Positions 22,801-32,125 of a DNA stretch of 64,000 bases are shown here, one piece after another (position 1 is the first letter of the stretch; the number at the start of each line of letters is the position of its first letter). The stretch covers positions 190 to 64,189 of the forward strand of contig CAMOQF010000002.1 of NCBI GenBank assembly GCA_946622645.1, written 5' to 3'. Made by a program: the position numbers and the translations under genes. The notes under the pieces were generated by a model. The model worked only from the letters and a program-made list of their open reading frames with translations, was not told where the DNA came from and did not search any database. This DNA comes from an uncultured Blautia sp. (lineage in GTDB: Bacteria > Bacillota > Clostridia > Lachnospirales > Lachnospiraceae).

Positions 22801-23416
22801 TGTCAGTCCCTTTGTGCGGGAATGCCTGATGACGGTGTATAAAAACGGCTGGGAAGTCGACCAGGTCTGCCATCTTGCCCTTTTCAAGGCCCTCTCCCGG
22901 GAAAAAGATCCGGACGGTCTGTACAAAGATCTCAAGGCGGATCTTCTGAAAGAGTGCATGGACCAGGGCATGCTTTTCGGCTTTTACAAAAAACTGCCGC
23001 AGGACCTTCTGAGCCCCTGGCAGCTGGATGACAAGACCTTTGTGGAATGCCATGCGTCGCCGGGAGCCGTCGTGACTTTGTTTTATCAGCTGGATTCCGG
23101 CATCGGAGAGCCGGACGGCTTTGCTTCGCTGCCGATGACCCAGGTCTATGAAGGGATCTTTGTACGGACCTTCACCCTGTTTTACGGCGAGACGCTGCGT
23201 TATTATTTCGTGACAGAGGAAAAAGGAAAAACGCGGAAGACGCCGGAGCGTGTCCTGACCATGAACCGTGTGGAAGGCAATCCTTCCTCCCGGTATCAGC
23301 TCATCAACCGCATGCTGTCGTCCCGCAAGCTCGGCAAGAAGGACGAGACCCAGAGAGGCCTTAAGGATTACCTCCGTCAGGAGCAGTATGTAAACGAAAT
23401 GTTCGACCTGAAATGA
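19886..23416 (+). CDS. Large hypothetical protein (DUF5717-like), 1176 aa
   Basis: Long ORF with host-like codon usage; TTG start overlaps the U32 stop, after GGAGG. Beta-rich termini and helical middle. Family name is recalled from Lachnospiraceae annotations, not searched. Confidence 0.75.
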   Translation: MKRTIEELCSGKHEYDVPALMFSQEKIEVTLPPGQTTQRELYIGTESDHRIRGYVTSSDRRLVPGLESFSGTTIRLPFGVDAVGLPNGEVREEWLCFTTNLGEYRIPVTIRTEAEQMKTAGGEIRSLDEFAALASRNFREAYRMFTEPSFYDLIHAQDEKTRSLYAGLSAQPVTYQNLEEFLVASGRKDKVEVQLGEYQKEIFEIQESTRESLQITRSGWGHLRIDAVVRGSFIELEKRVITDEDFIGSTYNLSYVIRRDRLGEGNQFGEIRIITPYQELVCQVTASATIRSNLMLRMEEKKRRLNLMQDYLDYRCQMVDTAAWAAQSHYELNRLKDAGFDYPEYKMYEVYVLWTEGKKAEAYDILREYHKEPFIKDDPELAGLYLYLAFEAGIYKDSESVLRRLTGLYVQNEKSFLLQEILLHLDPELIRVPSKALYHLEEIFSKGCKNPLMYLEAWVRICMDESLLHRITPFWIQVFLFAGRRGLLTEELTMRFTYLSGYEKEFSECLYRALVYGYEAYPSDESLEAICRYIMTGNPRKKEYFRWFSLAVERDIRLTRVFEYYMETVDTSYHKELPKSLLMYFNYNNSNLGDTRKAYIYADVIAGKDQDPKTYNSYRQTITSFAAQKIREGRISEDYAILYQEYLRKPENQEEARILSGILFANRLYCDNPRVRCVIVRHSQLTKEELYPCVHGVAYPRIYTEDAAVLFQDDKQRRYSATVDYNLKKLMDDRDLVPAIIEKRYTEPGLLLNYCELHEITSENLPVFQQVVQSDSFSEDYQMETRRKILRWYRENMKGAELDMLLKRLDHREYALVDRKALLEVLIDRGMFRQAYQIVEEFGSEDVSPSDLLKLVSRMIIRLELKEDDELTALSSRIFRGGLYDEMILRYLMLYRTGPIDELFEIRRCAVGFDLDTYAFDERILGLLMLTTDFRKEGEKILESYVRSSGREQVISAYLTMLSYGAFVKDYSVSPFVRECLMTVYKNGWEVDQVCHLALFKALSREKDPDGLYKDLKADLLKECMDQGMLFGFYKKLPQDLLSPWQLDDKTFVECHASPGAVVTLFYQLDSGIGEPDGFASLPMTQVYEGIFVRTFTLFYGETLRYYFVTEEKGKTRKTPERVLTMNRVEGNPSSRYQLINRMLSSRKLGKKDETQRGLKDYLRQEQYVNEMFDLK

Positions 23417-23432
23417 CCGAAAGGAACCAACG

Positions 23433-24695
23433 ATGAATGAGATCAGGGATCTGATCCTCGGGATCGATTTTGGAAAAGAAAAGACACAGCTCTGCTACTA
23501 TGACCGGAGAGCAGGCGAACCCAGATCTCTCTCCATGAAAGTGGGCGCCAACGTGTACGAAGCTCCCACCAGGCTCTGCTATCTGAGCGACCAGGAGGAT
23601 TATACCGTCGGGCTGGAGGCAGACTATTTTGCCCGCGAGAGAAACGGGGAACTGATAGAAGGCCTCTACGATCTGAGCGGCACCGAGGACACCGTCCAGA
23701 TCGGGGGGAAGACCGTGACGCCGGTCGATCTTCTGACCCATTTTCTGAAGGGAATGCTGCGCTATGTGGGCGTGGTGGACGTGATCCGCAACACGAAGTG
23801 TCTTTGCATCACCTCCCCCGTGCTGACGGAGATCCGTGTGAAAAACCTGAAGGAAGCCTGCAGAAATGCAGGACTGTCCGATGAGCAGTTCATGCTCCTG
23901 GACCATGGAGAAAGCTTTTACTACTATGTGATGACCCAGAAAAAAGAGGTCGTGAGCCGGAGCGTCGCCTGGTATCTGTTTGACCAGGACCACGTCACCT
24001 TCCGGAAGATGACGCTCAACACGGCGAAAAAGCCTTTCCTGGTCCGGCTGGAGGATCCTGTCGAGACGGATCTTCCTCGTTCCGCCAAAGAGAGAGACTC
24101 GGCCTTCTGCGAGTTTATCCAGAAGACGATCGGGACGGAGCTTTTCTCCAGCGTACAGATCAGCGGGGAAGGATTCGGGACCGAATGGGCCCTGCAGTCC
24201 GTCAAGATCCTCTGCTTCCAGAAGCGGAAGGTCTATTACGGCAACAATCTTCACGCCGGCGGGGCATGCGCCTGCGCCAAGGAGAAAACGGAGGACAGGA
24301 GCCTGCGTTCCTACCGCTTTTTGAGCGAGTCCCTCGTGAAGAACGATGTGGGCATGGATATGCTGGTGATGGGCTCCCGGGCTTTTGTGCCGCTGATCAC
24401 CAACGGCGGAAACTGGTACGAGACCCACAGTCACTGCGAGCTGATCCTGGACGGAATGGAAGATCTGGTGTTTGTGGTCAGCTCCATGGGCGATACCGAA
24501 AAGAAACGCGTCGTCATGCGGCTGCCCGGTCTTCCCAAAAGACCGCGGAAGACCACCAGGCTTTCGCTGGACCTGTCCTACGTGTCTCCTGAAAAATGCG
24601 AGATCACCGTGAAGGATCTGGGCTTCGGCGAAATGTTCCCCAAAAGCGGGAAAGTCTGGAAAGAGACCGTTACCTGGGAGGAGGGCAGTCTATGA
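23433..24695 (+). CDS. Divergent Hsp70/DnaK-fold protein (DUF5716-like)
   Basis: ILGIDFG, CITSP, KEACRNAGL and RLPGLP...TVKDLGFG align in order with motifs of the DnaK in this window. Confidence 0.7.
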   Translation: MNEIRDLILGIDFGKEKTQLCYYDRRAGEPRSLSMKVGANVYEAPTRLCYLSDQEDYTVGLEADYFARERNGELIEGLYDLSGTEDTVQIGGKTVTPVDLLTHFLKGMLRYVGVVDVIRNTKCLCITSPVLTEIRVKNLKEACRNAGLSDEQFMLLDHGESFYYYVMTQKKEVVSRSVAWYLFDQDHVTFRKMTLNTAKKPFLVRLEDPVETDLPRSAKERDSAFCEFIQKTIGTELFSSVQISGEGFGTEWALQSVKILCFQKRKVYYGNNLHAGGACACAKEKTEDRSLRSYRFLSESLVKNDVGMDMLVMGSRAFVPLITNGGNWYETHSHCELILDGMEDLVFVVSSMGDTEKKRVVMRLPGLPKRPRKTTRLSLDLSYVSPEKCEITVKDLGFGEMFPKSGKVWKETVTWEEGSL

Positions 24696-25495
24696 GCGCT
24701 TATATCCTGTGTCAGACCAGACGGACGGAGACTCCCTTCTTTCTGGAAAACATCAGCACGAATATCTATTCGCTGGAAGAACTTTGCTATTTCCTGTATC
24801 ACAATCTGCCCCTGGTGGACGAGACCGTGATCCGGGAAGACCTCTGTAAGTGGATCGAGACGGAACTCCAGCTTCCCGGGCTGGCCGAACGGCTGAGACC
24901 TCATCTGGGACGGTTTTCCGACCTGCAGGATTTTCTGTATCCGATCTTCAAGGAGATCAATTATCTCAACTATGACGAGCTTCGTTCCCTGAGCTCCCGG
25001 CTTTCCCAGCTGGAATCCCAGACGTTCTATGAACGGCAGAAGCTGAAAGGCGATGCGATGGTCCGGAACGGGATGACCGTCAACGCGATCCGCGCCTATC
25101 AGAAGCTCCTGTCCTACGCGGAATTCAATCTTCCGCCCGAAGAGATGGTGGAGGAGGAAAAACGGTTCGCCTCCGCGGTCCATCACAACCTGGGATGCGC
25201 CTTCGCGCGCCTGTTCCAGATGGACAAGGCGGTGGAGTGCTTCTGGACCAGCTACGAGCTCGTTCCGGATCAGAAAGAGCTGGTGACTTATCTGCTTGCC
25301 TACAAAAATGCCAGGACGCCTCTGGAATACGAGAGCAGGCTCGCGGAACTGTCGATCGACGAATCGGTGAAGCGTCAGGTGGAAGAAAAGCTGGATCATT
25401 TTGCCCGCCTCCCGGAGACGCCTGTCTACGGACGCAGCACGGACACCATCCTGGAGAGGCTCACCAGAGAATACCACAGAAGCACCGGTTCGTGA
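24692..25495 (+). CDS. Hypothetical TPR-containing protein
   Basis: ATG 24692 overlaps the upstream stop (ATGA) after GGAGG; TPR-like HHNLGCAFARLFQMDKAVECF and KGDAMVRNG..NAIRAY. Confidence 0.75.
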   Translation: MSAYILCQTRRTETPFFLENISTNIYSLEELCYFLYHNLPLVDETVIREDLCKWIETELQLPGLAERLRPHLGRFSDLQDFLYPIFKEINYLNYDELRSLSSRLSQLESQTFYERQKLKGDAMVRNGMTVNAIRAYQKLLSYAEFNLPPEEMVEEEKRFASAVHHNLGCAFARLFQMDKAVECFWTSYELVPDQKELVTYLLAYKNARTPLEYESRLAELSIDESVKRQVEEKLDHFARLPETPVYGRSTDTILERLTREYHRSTGS

Positions 25496-25511
25496 CGGAA
25501 CGGTTTTTTTC
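25484..25511 (+). terminator. Possible rho-independent terminator after the three-gene module
   Basis: Imperfect ACCGGTTCG/CGGAACGGT stem followed by a T run. Confidence 0.45.
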
Positions 25512-25585
25512 TTGCTTTTGAATATAGCATGTTATATAATCTCACTTGTGTGTAAAAATTGGTTTTGAAAGGACTGGTACAGGAG

Positions 25586-26293
25586 ATGGAGAAAAGAGAG
25601 CAGCTCTATGAAGGAAAAGCCAAAAAGGTTTTTGCCACGGATGACCCGGATGTCGTGATCGTCAGCTACAAGGACGACGCCACCGCCTTCAACGGTGAAA
25701 AGAAGGGCACCATCCAGGGAAAGGGCGTCATCAACAACCGGATGACCAATCTGGTGTTTCAGAAATTTGCCGAGGCCGGCATCCCGACTCATTTTATCGA
25801 AGAACTGAACGACCGGGAGACCGCCGTGAAAAAAGTGGACATCGTTCCCCTGGAAGTCATCGTGCGGAACGTGGCGGCCGGCAGCTTTTCAAAACGCATG
25901 GGCGTGCCGGAAGGCACCGCGCTCCTCTGCCCCATCCTGGAGTTCAGCTATAAAAACGACGACCTGGGCGATCCCTTCATCAACGATGACTATGCCCTGG
26001 CTCTCGGTCTTGCCACCAGGGAAGAGCTGGATACCATCCGCAGATACACCCTGTCCGTCAACGAGATCATGAAGGAATACTTCCTCCAGGCAGGCCTTAA
26101 GCTGATCGACTTCAAGATCGAATTCGGCCGTTATCACGGTGAGATCCTCCTGGCGGATGAAGTGTCCCCGGACACCTGCCGTCTCTGGGACGTCAACACC
26201 AATGAAAAGCTTGACAAGGACCGCTTCCGCAGGGACCTTGGAAATGTAGAGGAGGCCTACAACGAGGTCTTCCATCGTCTCGGACTGGACTGA
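25586..26293 (+). CDS. purC: SAICAR synthetase
   Basis: [46 protein letters not shown]. Confidence 0.98.
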   Translation: MEKREQLYEGKAKKVFATDDPDVVIVSYKDDATAFNGEKKGTIQGKGVINNRMTNLVFQKFAEAGIPTHFIEELNDRETAVKKVDIVPLEVIVRNVAAGSFSKRMGVPEGTALLCPILEFSYKNDDLGDPFINDDYALALGLATREELDTIRRYTLSVNEIMKEYFLQAGLKLIDFKIEFGRYHGEILLADEVSPDTCRLWDVNTNEKLDKDRFRRDLGNVEEAYNEVFHRLGLD

Positions 26294-26305
26294 CGGAGAA
26301 CATCT

Positions 26306-27739
26306 ATGAGCACGGACAAGTATACAAGCCCCCTGTCGGAAAGGTATGCCGGCAAAGAGATGCAGTATATCTTTTCACAGGACATGAAATTCCGCACCTG
26401 GCGTAAACTCTGGATCGCTCTGGCGGAGACGGAGAAAGAGCTCGGCCTTCCCATCACCGACGAGCAGATCGAAGAGCTGAAAGCCCATGCGGAAGACATC
26501 AACTACGAAGTCGCCACGGAACGGGAAAAACTGGTCCGCCACGATGTGATGTCCCACGTGTACGCCTACGGGGTGCAGTGCCCCAAGGCCAAGGGCATCA
26601 TCCATCTGGGCGCCACCTCCTGTTATGTTGGCGATAATACGGATATGATCATCATGCGCGAAGCGCTCCGGCTGGTGAGAAAAAAACTGGTCAATGTGAT
26701 CGAACGGCTCTCTGTTTTTGCTGAAAAGTACAAGAGCCTTCCGACCCTCGCTTTCACGCATTTCCAGCCCGCGCAGCCCACCACCGTGGGGAAGAGGGCG
26801 ACTCTCTGGATCCAGGATCTTCTGATGGATCTGGAGGATCTGGAGTATGTCCTCTCGACCCTGAAGCTGCTTGGGTCGAAGGGTACCACGGGCACGCAGG
26901 CGAGTTTTCTGGAGCTGTTCAACGGCGATACCGAAAAGATCGACCGGATCGATCCCATGATCGCGGAGAAGATGGGCTTTTCGGCCTGCTACCCGGTCTC
27001 GGGACAGACTTATTCGCGCAAGGTGGACACCCGGGTCGTGCAGGTGCTGTCCGGAATCGCGCAGAGCGCGCACAAGATGTCCAACGACATCCGGCTTCTG
27101 CAGCATCTGAAAGAGGTGGAAGAGCCCTTTGAGAAAAACCAGATCGGGTCTTCCGCCATGGCCTATAAACGGAATCCGATGCGGAGCGAGCGGATCGCGT
27201 CGCTCTCCCGTTATGTGATGATCGATGCGCTGAACCCGGCCGTCACGGCGGCGACCCAGTGGTTTGAGCGCACGCTGGATGATTCCGCAAACAAGCGCCT
27301 TTCCATCCCGGAAGGGTTCCTCGCGGTGGACGGCATCCTGGATCTCTGCCTCAATGTGGCGGACGGTCTGGTGGTCTATCCCAAGGTCATCGAAAAGCAT
27401 CTGAGAAGCGAGCTTCCCTTCATGGCGACCGAGAACATCATGATGGACGCCGTAAAAGCCGGCGGGGACCGGCAGGAGCTGCACGAACGGATCCGCACCC
27501 TCTCCATGGAAGCGGGCCGGCATGTAAAAGAAGAAGGAAAAGAAAACGATCTGCTGGAGCTGATCGCACAGGATCCCGCGTTTCATGTTTCGCTGGAGGA
27601 GCTTTCCGCGGCGATGGATCCCGCGCGCTATACCGGCCGTTCCGCCGAGCAGACGGAGCATTTCCTCACCAGGGTCGTACGCCCGGTGCTGGAATCGCGT
27701 TCCGGCCTTCTGGGACTGACGGCGGAGATCAAGGTGTGA
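26306..27739 (+). CDS. purB: Adenylosuccinate lyase
   Basis: [15 protein letters not shown], signature [10 protein letters not shown]. Confidence 0.97.
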   Translation: MSTDKYTSPLSERYAGKEMQYIFSQDMKFRTWRKLWIALAETEKELGLPITDEQIEELKAHAEDINYEVATEREKLVRHDVMSHVYAYGVQCPKAKGIIHLGATSCYVGDNTDMIIMREALRLVRKKLVNVIERLSVFAEKYKSLPTLAFTHFQPAQPTTVGKRATLWIQDLLMDLEDLEYVLSTLKLLGSKGTTGTQASFLELFNGDTEKIDRIDPMIAEKMGFSACYPVSGQTYSRKVDTRVVQVLSGIAQSAHKMSNDIRLLQHLKEVEEPFEKNQIGSSAMAYKRNPMRSERIASLSRYVMIDALNPAVTAATQWFERTLDDSANKRLSIPEGFLAVDGILDLCLNVADGLVVYPKVIEKHLRSELPFMATENIMMDAVKAGGDRQELHERIRTLSMEAGRHVKEEGKENDLLELIAQDPAFHVSLEELSAAMDPARYTGRSAEQTEHFLTRVVRPVLESRSGLLGLTAEIKV

Positions 27740-27767
27740 CAGATTACGTTTTTCGAAAGGATATAAA

Positions 27768-29042
27768 ATGGTTAAAGCGGTTGTAGGAGCAAACTGGGGA
27801 GACGAAGGCAAGGGAAAGATCACGGATATGCTCGCGCAGAATTCGGACATCATCATCCGGTTCCAGGGCGGCGCCAACGCCGGGCATACCATCGTGAACA
27901 ACTATGGCAAATTTGCCCTTCACACCCTGCCTTCCGGCGTGTTTTATGATCATACCACCAGCATCATCGGAAACGGCGTGGCCCTGAACATCCCGGTTTT
28001 CTTTAAGGAATTGAACGAACTGATCGAGAGAGGCGTGCCCGCCCCGAAGATCCTGATCTCGGACCGGGCGCAGATCGTGATGCCTTATCACATCCTGCTG
28101 GATCAGTACGAAGAGGAAAGACTGGGCGGCAAGTCCTTTGGATCTACCAAATCCGGCATCGCCCCCTTCTATTCGGATAAATACGCGAAGGTCGGTTTTC
28201 AGGTGAGCGAGCTGTTTTTTGAAGACAGTCTGCGCGAGAAGCTTGAGCGCGTCCTGGAGACCAAAAACGTGCTGATGGAGCATCTGTATCACAAACCGCT
28301 CCTGTCGGCGGATGAGATCTTTGACGAGCTGATGCGCTACCGCGAAATGGTGAAACCTTACGTGTGCGACGTTTCCGCTTTTCTGTATGAAGCCCTGAAG
28401 GCAGGAAAGGAGATCCTCCTGGAAGGCCAGCTGGGATCCCTCAAGGACCCCGACCACGGCATTTATCCCATGGTGACTTCATCCTCCACCCTGGCCGGCT
28501 TCGGGGCTGTGGGCGCGGGTATCCCGCCGTATGAGATCCGCCAGATCGTGACGGTCGTCAAAGCGTATTCAAGCGCTGTGGGCGCGGGCGCTTTTGTCTC
28601 CGAGATCTTTGGAGAGGAAGCGGACGAGCTCAGAAGACGCGGCGGAGACGGCGGAGAGTACGGCGCGACAACGGGCCGCCCCAGAAGAATGGGCTGGTTC
28701 GACTGCGTCGCGACACGGTACGGCTGCCGTATCCAGGGAACCACGGACGTGGCCTTCACCGTGCTGGATGTTCTGGGCTATCTGGATGAGATCCCGGTCT
28801 GCACAGGATACGAGATCGACGGGAAAGTCACAACGGACTTTCCGGCCACCGGACTTCTTTACAAGGCAAAACCGGTCTATGAAGTCCTGCCCGGGTGGAA
28901 GACGGACATCCGCGGGATCCGCAGATACGAGGATCTTCCGGAGAACTGCCGTAAATATGTGGAGTTTGCAGAAGAACATATCGGCTTCCCCATCACGATG
29001 ATCAGCAACGGTCCGGGAAGAAACGATATCATCTATCGGTGA
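27768..29042 (+). CDS. purA: Adenylosuccinate synthetase
   Basis: GANWGDEGKGK, GGANAGHT, EYGATTGRPRR. Confidence 0.98.
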   Translation: MVKAVVGANWGDEGKGKITDMLAQNSDIIIRFQGGANAGHTIVNNYGKFALHTLPSGVFYDHTTSIIGNGVALNIPVFFKELNELIERGVPAPKILISDRAQIVMPYHILLDQYEEERLGGKSFGSTKSGIAPFYSDKYAKVGFQVSELFFEDSLREKLERVLETKNVLMEHLYHKPLLSADEIFDELMRYREMVKPYVCDVSAFLYEALKAGKEILLEGQLGSLKDPDHGIYPMVTSSSTLAGFGAVGAGIPPYEIRQIVTVVKAYSSAVGAGAFVSEIFGEEADELRRRGGDGGEYGATTGRPRRMGWFDCVATRYGCRIQGTTDVAFTVLDVLGYLDEIPVCTGYEIDGKVTTDFPATGLLYKAKPVYEVLPGWKTDIRGIRRYEDLPENCRKYVEFAEEHIGFPITMISNGPGRNDIIYR

Positions 29043-29046
29043 AGAA

Positions 29047-29868
29047 ATGAAAGACAAGACAAAAAGAATCCTGGCGCTTCTGGGAGCCATCGTCATCCTG
29101 ATCTCAGCGCTTCTCCCGATGATATTCGCCTTCCGGAAAGGGGAAAATTCCCGGGGAGAATTCATGGCCGTCCTGGCCGTCGCGATCTTTGTACCGATCT
29201 TTGCCTTTTTGTGCATGATGGTCTACAAAACCCTGCGGGGAGACAGGAGAGAACCTCATTCCAGGATCAAAAACGTCATCTTCGACGTGGGAAACGTCCT
29301 GATGCTCTTTGACTGGCCCGGTTATCTGAAAAGCTTCGGTTTTCCGGAAGAAAAATATGAGCGCCTTGCGGACGTCATCTTCCGCAGCGACACCTGGAAC
29401 CAGCGGGACAAAGGCGGAAGGCCGGAAGAGGAATATGTGCAGGAGATGGTGGACGCCTGTCCGGAATACGAGGAGGACATCCGCGAGATCATGCGGCGCT
29501 CCTATGAATGTATCCATCCCGTGGAATACAGCGCGTCCTGGTTCCAGTTTTTAAGAACACAGGGCTACCGGACCTATATCCTGTCCAATTACTGCGCCTA
29601 CATGCTCCCCAAAAACCGGAAAGACATGGATTTCCTGCAGTGGGCGGACGGGGAAGTCTTTTCCTGCGAGGTCAATCTGATCAAACCGGGGGAGGAGATC
29701 TACGAGCTGCTGCTTTCACGGTATCATCTGAAACCGGAGGAGTGCGTCTTCATCGACGACCGGGAAGAAAACTGCGCGACAGCCGAGGCGCTGGGGATCA
29801 GGGCGATCCGGTTTAAAAACTTCCCGCAGGCAGCCAAGGAGCTTGAAAAACTGCTGTCGGTCAAGTGA
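29047..29868 (+). CDS. HAD-family phosphatase with two N-terminal TM segments
   Basis: VIFDVGNV, ILSNY, KP, FIDD HAD motifs; hydrophobic N-terminus. Confidence 0.85.
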   Translation: MKDKTKRILALLGAIVILISALLPMIFAFRKGENSRGEFMAVLAVAIFVPIFAFLCMMVYKTLRGDRREPHSRIKNVIFDVGNVLMLFDWPGYLKSFGFPEEKYERLADVIFRSDTWNQRDKGGRPEEEYVQEMVDACPEYEEDIREIMRRSYECIHPVEYSASWFQFLRTQGYRTYILSNYCAYMLPKNRKDMDFLQWADGEVFSCEVNLIKPGEEIYELLLSRYHLKPEECVFIDDREENCATAEALGIRAIRFKNFPQAAKELEKLLSVK

Positions 29869-29921
29869 CGGACATGTGACAGAACGTACTGTAAAGATTC
29901 AGCATAAAGTGAGGAGAAAAC

Positions 29922-30434
29922 ATGAGCGAAAAAACACTTCTGGAACAGTGGAGAGAGACAGCCTACGACGAAAAGGCTGACAAAGGAAAACTGCAGAAAT
30001 TCTGGGCGGATTATTTCAACATTGAAAAAGAGATCTACGAGCAGCTTCTGACGGAGCCGGACGTACAGGTTTCCGGGACCGTGAAAGAGCTTGCGGAAAA
30101 ATACGGACAGAGCGTCTTTACCATGACCGGTTTCCTCGACGGCATCAACGACAGCCTGATCGAGCCGAACCCCATCGAGACAATGGATGAGGATACGCCT
30201 GTATCCCTTGCTTTTGACAAGGAAAAACTGTATAAGAACATGGTGGATGCCAAAGCTGACTGGCTTTATGAGCTTCCCCAGTGGAACGACATCTTTACGG
30301 AAGAGCGGCAGAAAGAGCTTTATCTTGAACAGAAGAAGTCCGGCACCGTTGTAAAGCCTGCCAAGATCGGCCGCAACGATCCCTGCCCCTGCGGGAGCGG
30401 AAAGAAGTACAAATACTGCTGCGGCAGAGCGTAA
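29922..30434 (+). CDS. SEC-C motif protein
   Basis: C-terminal [21 protein letters not shown]. Confidence 0.9.
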   Translation: MSEKTLLEQWRETAYDEKADKGKLQKFWADYFNIEKEIYEQLLTEPDVQVSGTVKELAEKYGQSVFTMTGFLDGINDSLIEPNPIETMDEDTPVSLAFDKEKLYKNMVDAKADWLYELPQWNDIFTEERQKELYLEQKKSGTVVKPAKIGRNDPCPCGSGKKYKYCCGRA

Positions 30435-30438
30435 AGAT

Positions 30439-31197
30439 ATGATCACAAGCATCTGTTTTTGTCTGGCCGGGCTTTGCCTGGCCTATTATTTTGCCGTCCT
30501 GGTCATGTCAGGGCTGAACACCAGCTTTTCCTGGTTCTGGGTCCTGCTGGCAGTGCTGCTGGCGGGCTTCGGCTGGCTCTATGGATGGAAGAGGGAGTTT
30601 CTCCGGGCCATTCCCGTTGCCGTGAAGGTGCTTCTGGCAGCGGCCGTTCTGGCCGGCGTGGTGATATTCGGGCTTCTTTTCGGCAGAATACTGCAGGCCA
30701 TGCATTCTGCAGAGCCTTCCGGGGCTGCTTATATGGTGGTGCTCGGCGCCAAGGTGAAACACGGACGCCCTTCCAGGGCTCTCTTGCTGCGTCTGGAGAG
30801 CGCTCTGGCGTATGCGGAAGAAAACCCGGATACGGTCCTGATCCTTTCAGGCGGCCAGGGACCGGACGAGGCCGTGTCGGAGGCTGCGTGCATGCAGGAA
30901 TGGATGCTGTCAAAGGGTATGAAGGAGAGCCGGCTGGTTCTGGAGGATCGTTCCACCAGCACAAGGGAAAACCTGGTGTTTTCGGACCGGATGACAGGAT
31001 GTAAAAAAGGACCGGCCCTGGTCGTCACAAACGACTTTCATGTATACCGGGCGGTGCAGCTTGCCAGAAAGCTGGGCTATCAGGATGTGTACGGTCTGCC
31101 GGCGCCTACCCGCCCGCAGTATATGTTTCTGCACTATGCAGTCCGTGAGGTCTTTGCAAGCGTCAAGGAGATCCTGACCGGGAGCATGTCAATGTGA
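30439..31197 (+). CDS. YdcF/DUF218 family membrane protein
   Basis: VVLGAK, LILSGGQG, SEA, LEDRSTSTRENL, VVTNDFHVYRA; N-terminal TM segments. Confidence 0.88.
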   Translation: MITSICFCLAGLCLAYYFAVLVMSGLNTSFSWFWVLLAVLLAGFGWLYGWKREFLRAIPVAVKVLLAAAVLAGVVIFGLLFGRILQAMHSAEPSGAAYMVVLGAKVKHGRPSRALLLRLESALAYAEENPDTVLILSGGQGPDEAVSEAACMQEWMLSKGMKESRLVLEDRSTSTRENLVFSDRMTGCKKGPALVVTNDFHVYRAVQLARKLGYQDVYGLPAPTRPQYMFLHYAVREVFASVKEILTGSMSM

Positions 31198-31245
31198 GAG
31201 GACAAGCTAAGGTTTGTCCGTATTCCTGCGATTGGAGAAATACAT

Positions 31246-32124
31246 ATGATTACTGGGAATACACGATTACTGGGGCTTCTGGGGAAGCCGGTGCGGCACA
31301 GCATGTCGCCGCTGATGCACAATGAGGCCTTCCGGATACTGGGACTGGATTATGTGTATCTGTGTTTCGAGATCGGCGAAGAGGAACTGCCGGAAGCGGT
31401 CCGCGGCCTGGTACGGCTGGGCGCAAGAGGGTTTAACCTGACCATGCCCAACAAGAACAGGATCCTGCCGCTCCTGGACCGGCTGTCGGACGAGGCAGAG
31501 CTGATCGGCGCCGTCAACACCGTAGTGGTGGAAGAGGACGGCCGGACCACAGGCTATAACACGGACGGGATCGGATTTGTACGTTCGGCTGCGGAGAAAG
31601 GCTGCCCGGTGGAGAACAGCGTCATTACGCTGATGGGAGCGGGCGGCGCAGCCACGGCGGTCTGTGCCCAGGCAGCTTTATCCGGCGCTTCCGTGATCCA
31701 TCAGTTTGTGCGGAGAGACAGCCGGTTTCGTCCGCGCGCGGAGGCTCTGGCCCGAAAGATCAATGCGGCCCTCCCCTGCAGGGCGGTCCTGCATGATCAT
31801 GAGAACATGGAGGAACTGAACGAGTGTCTCGCTCAGAGCGATCTTCTGATCAATGCTACGAGCGTAGGTATGGCGCCCGACGCGGACCGGTGTATTCTGC
31901 CGGAGGAGATCGTCCTGCGCAGGGATCTCGCAGTGGCTGATATCATTTATAACCCGAGGGAGACGCGTCTTTTATCCCGCGCCCGTGCGTGCGGGTGCCT
32001 CGCCTTCAACGGCCTGGATATGCTCCTCTACCAGGGAGCTGAGGCCTTCCGTCTGTGGACAGGACAGGAGATGCCGGCCGGGCCGGTCCGCAAAATCATC
32101 GAGAATCAACAGGAGAGAAAATGA
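31246..32124 (+). CDS. aroE: Shikimate dehydrogenase
   Basis: HSMSPLMHN, NLTMPNK, GAVNT, GYNTDG, GAGGAA, GLDMLLYQG. Confidence 0.95.
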   Translation: MITGNTRLLGLLGKPVRHSMSPLMHNEAFRILGLDYVYLCFEIGEEELPEAVRGLVRLGARGFNLTMPNKNRILPLLDRLSDEAELIGAVNTVVVEEDGRTTGYNTDGIGFVRSAAEKGCPVENSVITLMGAGGAATAVCAQAALSGASVIHQFVRRDSRFRPRAEALARKINAALPCRAVLHDHENMEELNECLAQSDLLINATSVGMAPDADRCILPEEIVLRRDLAVADIIYNPRETRLLSRARACGCLAFNGLDMLLYQGAEAFRLWTGQEMPAGPVRKIIENQQERK

Positions 32125-32125
32125 T

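Noticed and set aside
19886-25495. The three-gene module as a Wadjet (JetABCD) defence system, because the DUF5716 label has (as I recall) also been used for JetA-like proteins
   Set aside because: No SMC-type Walker A/coiled-coil protein and no Toprim nuclease; the middle gene aligns with Hsp70 instead.
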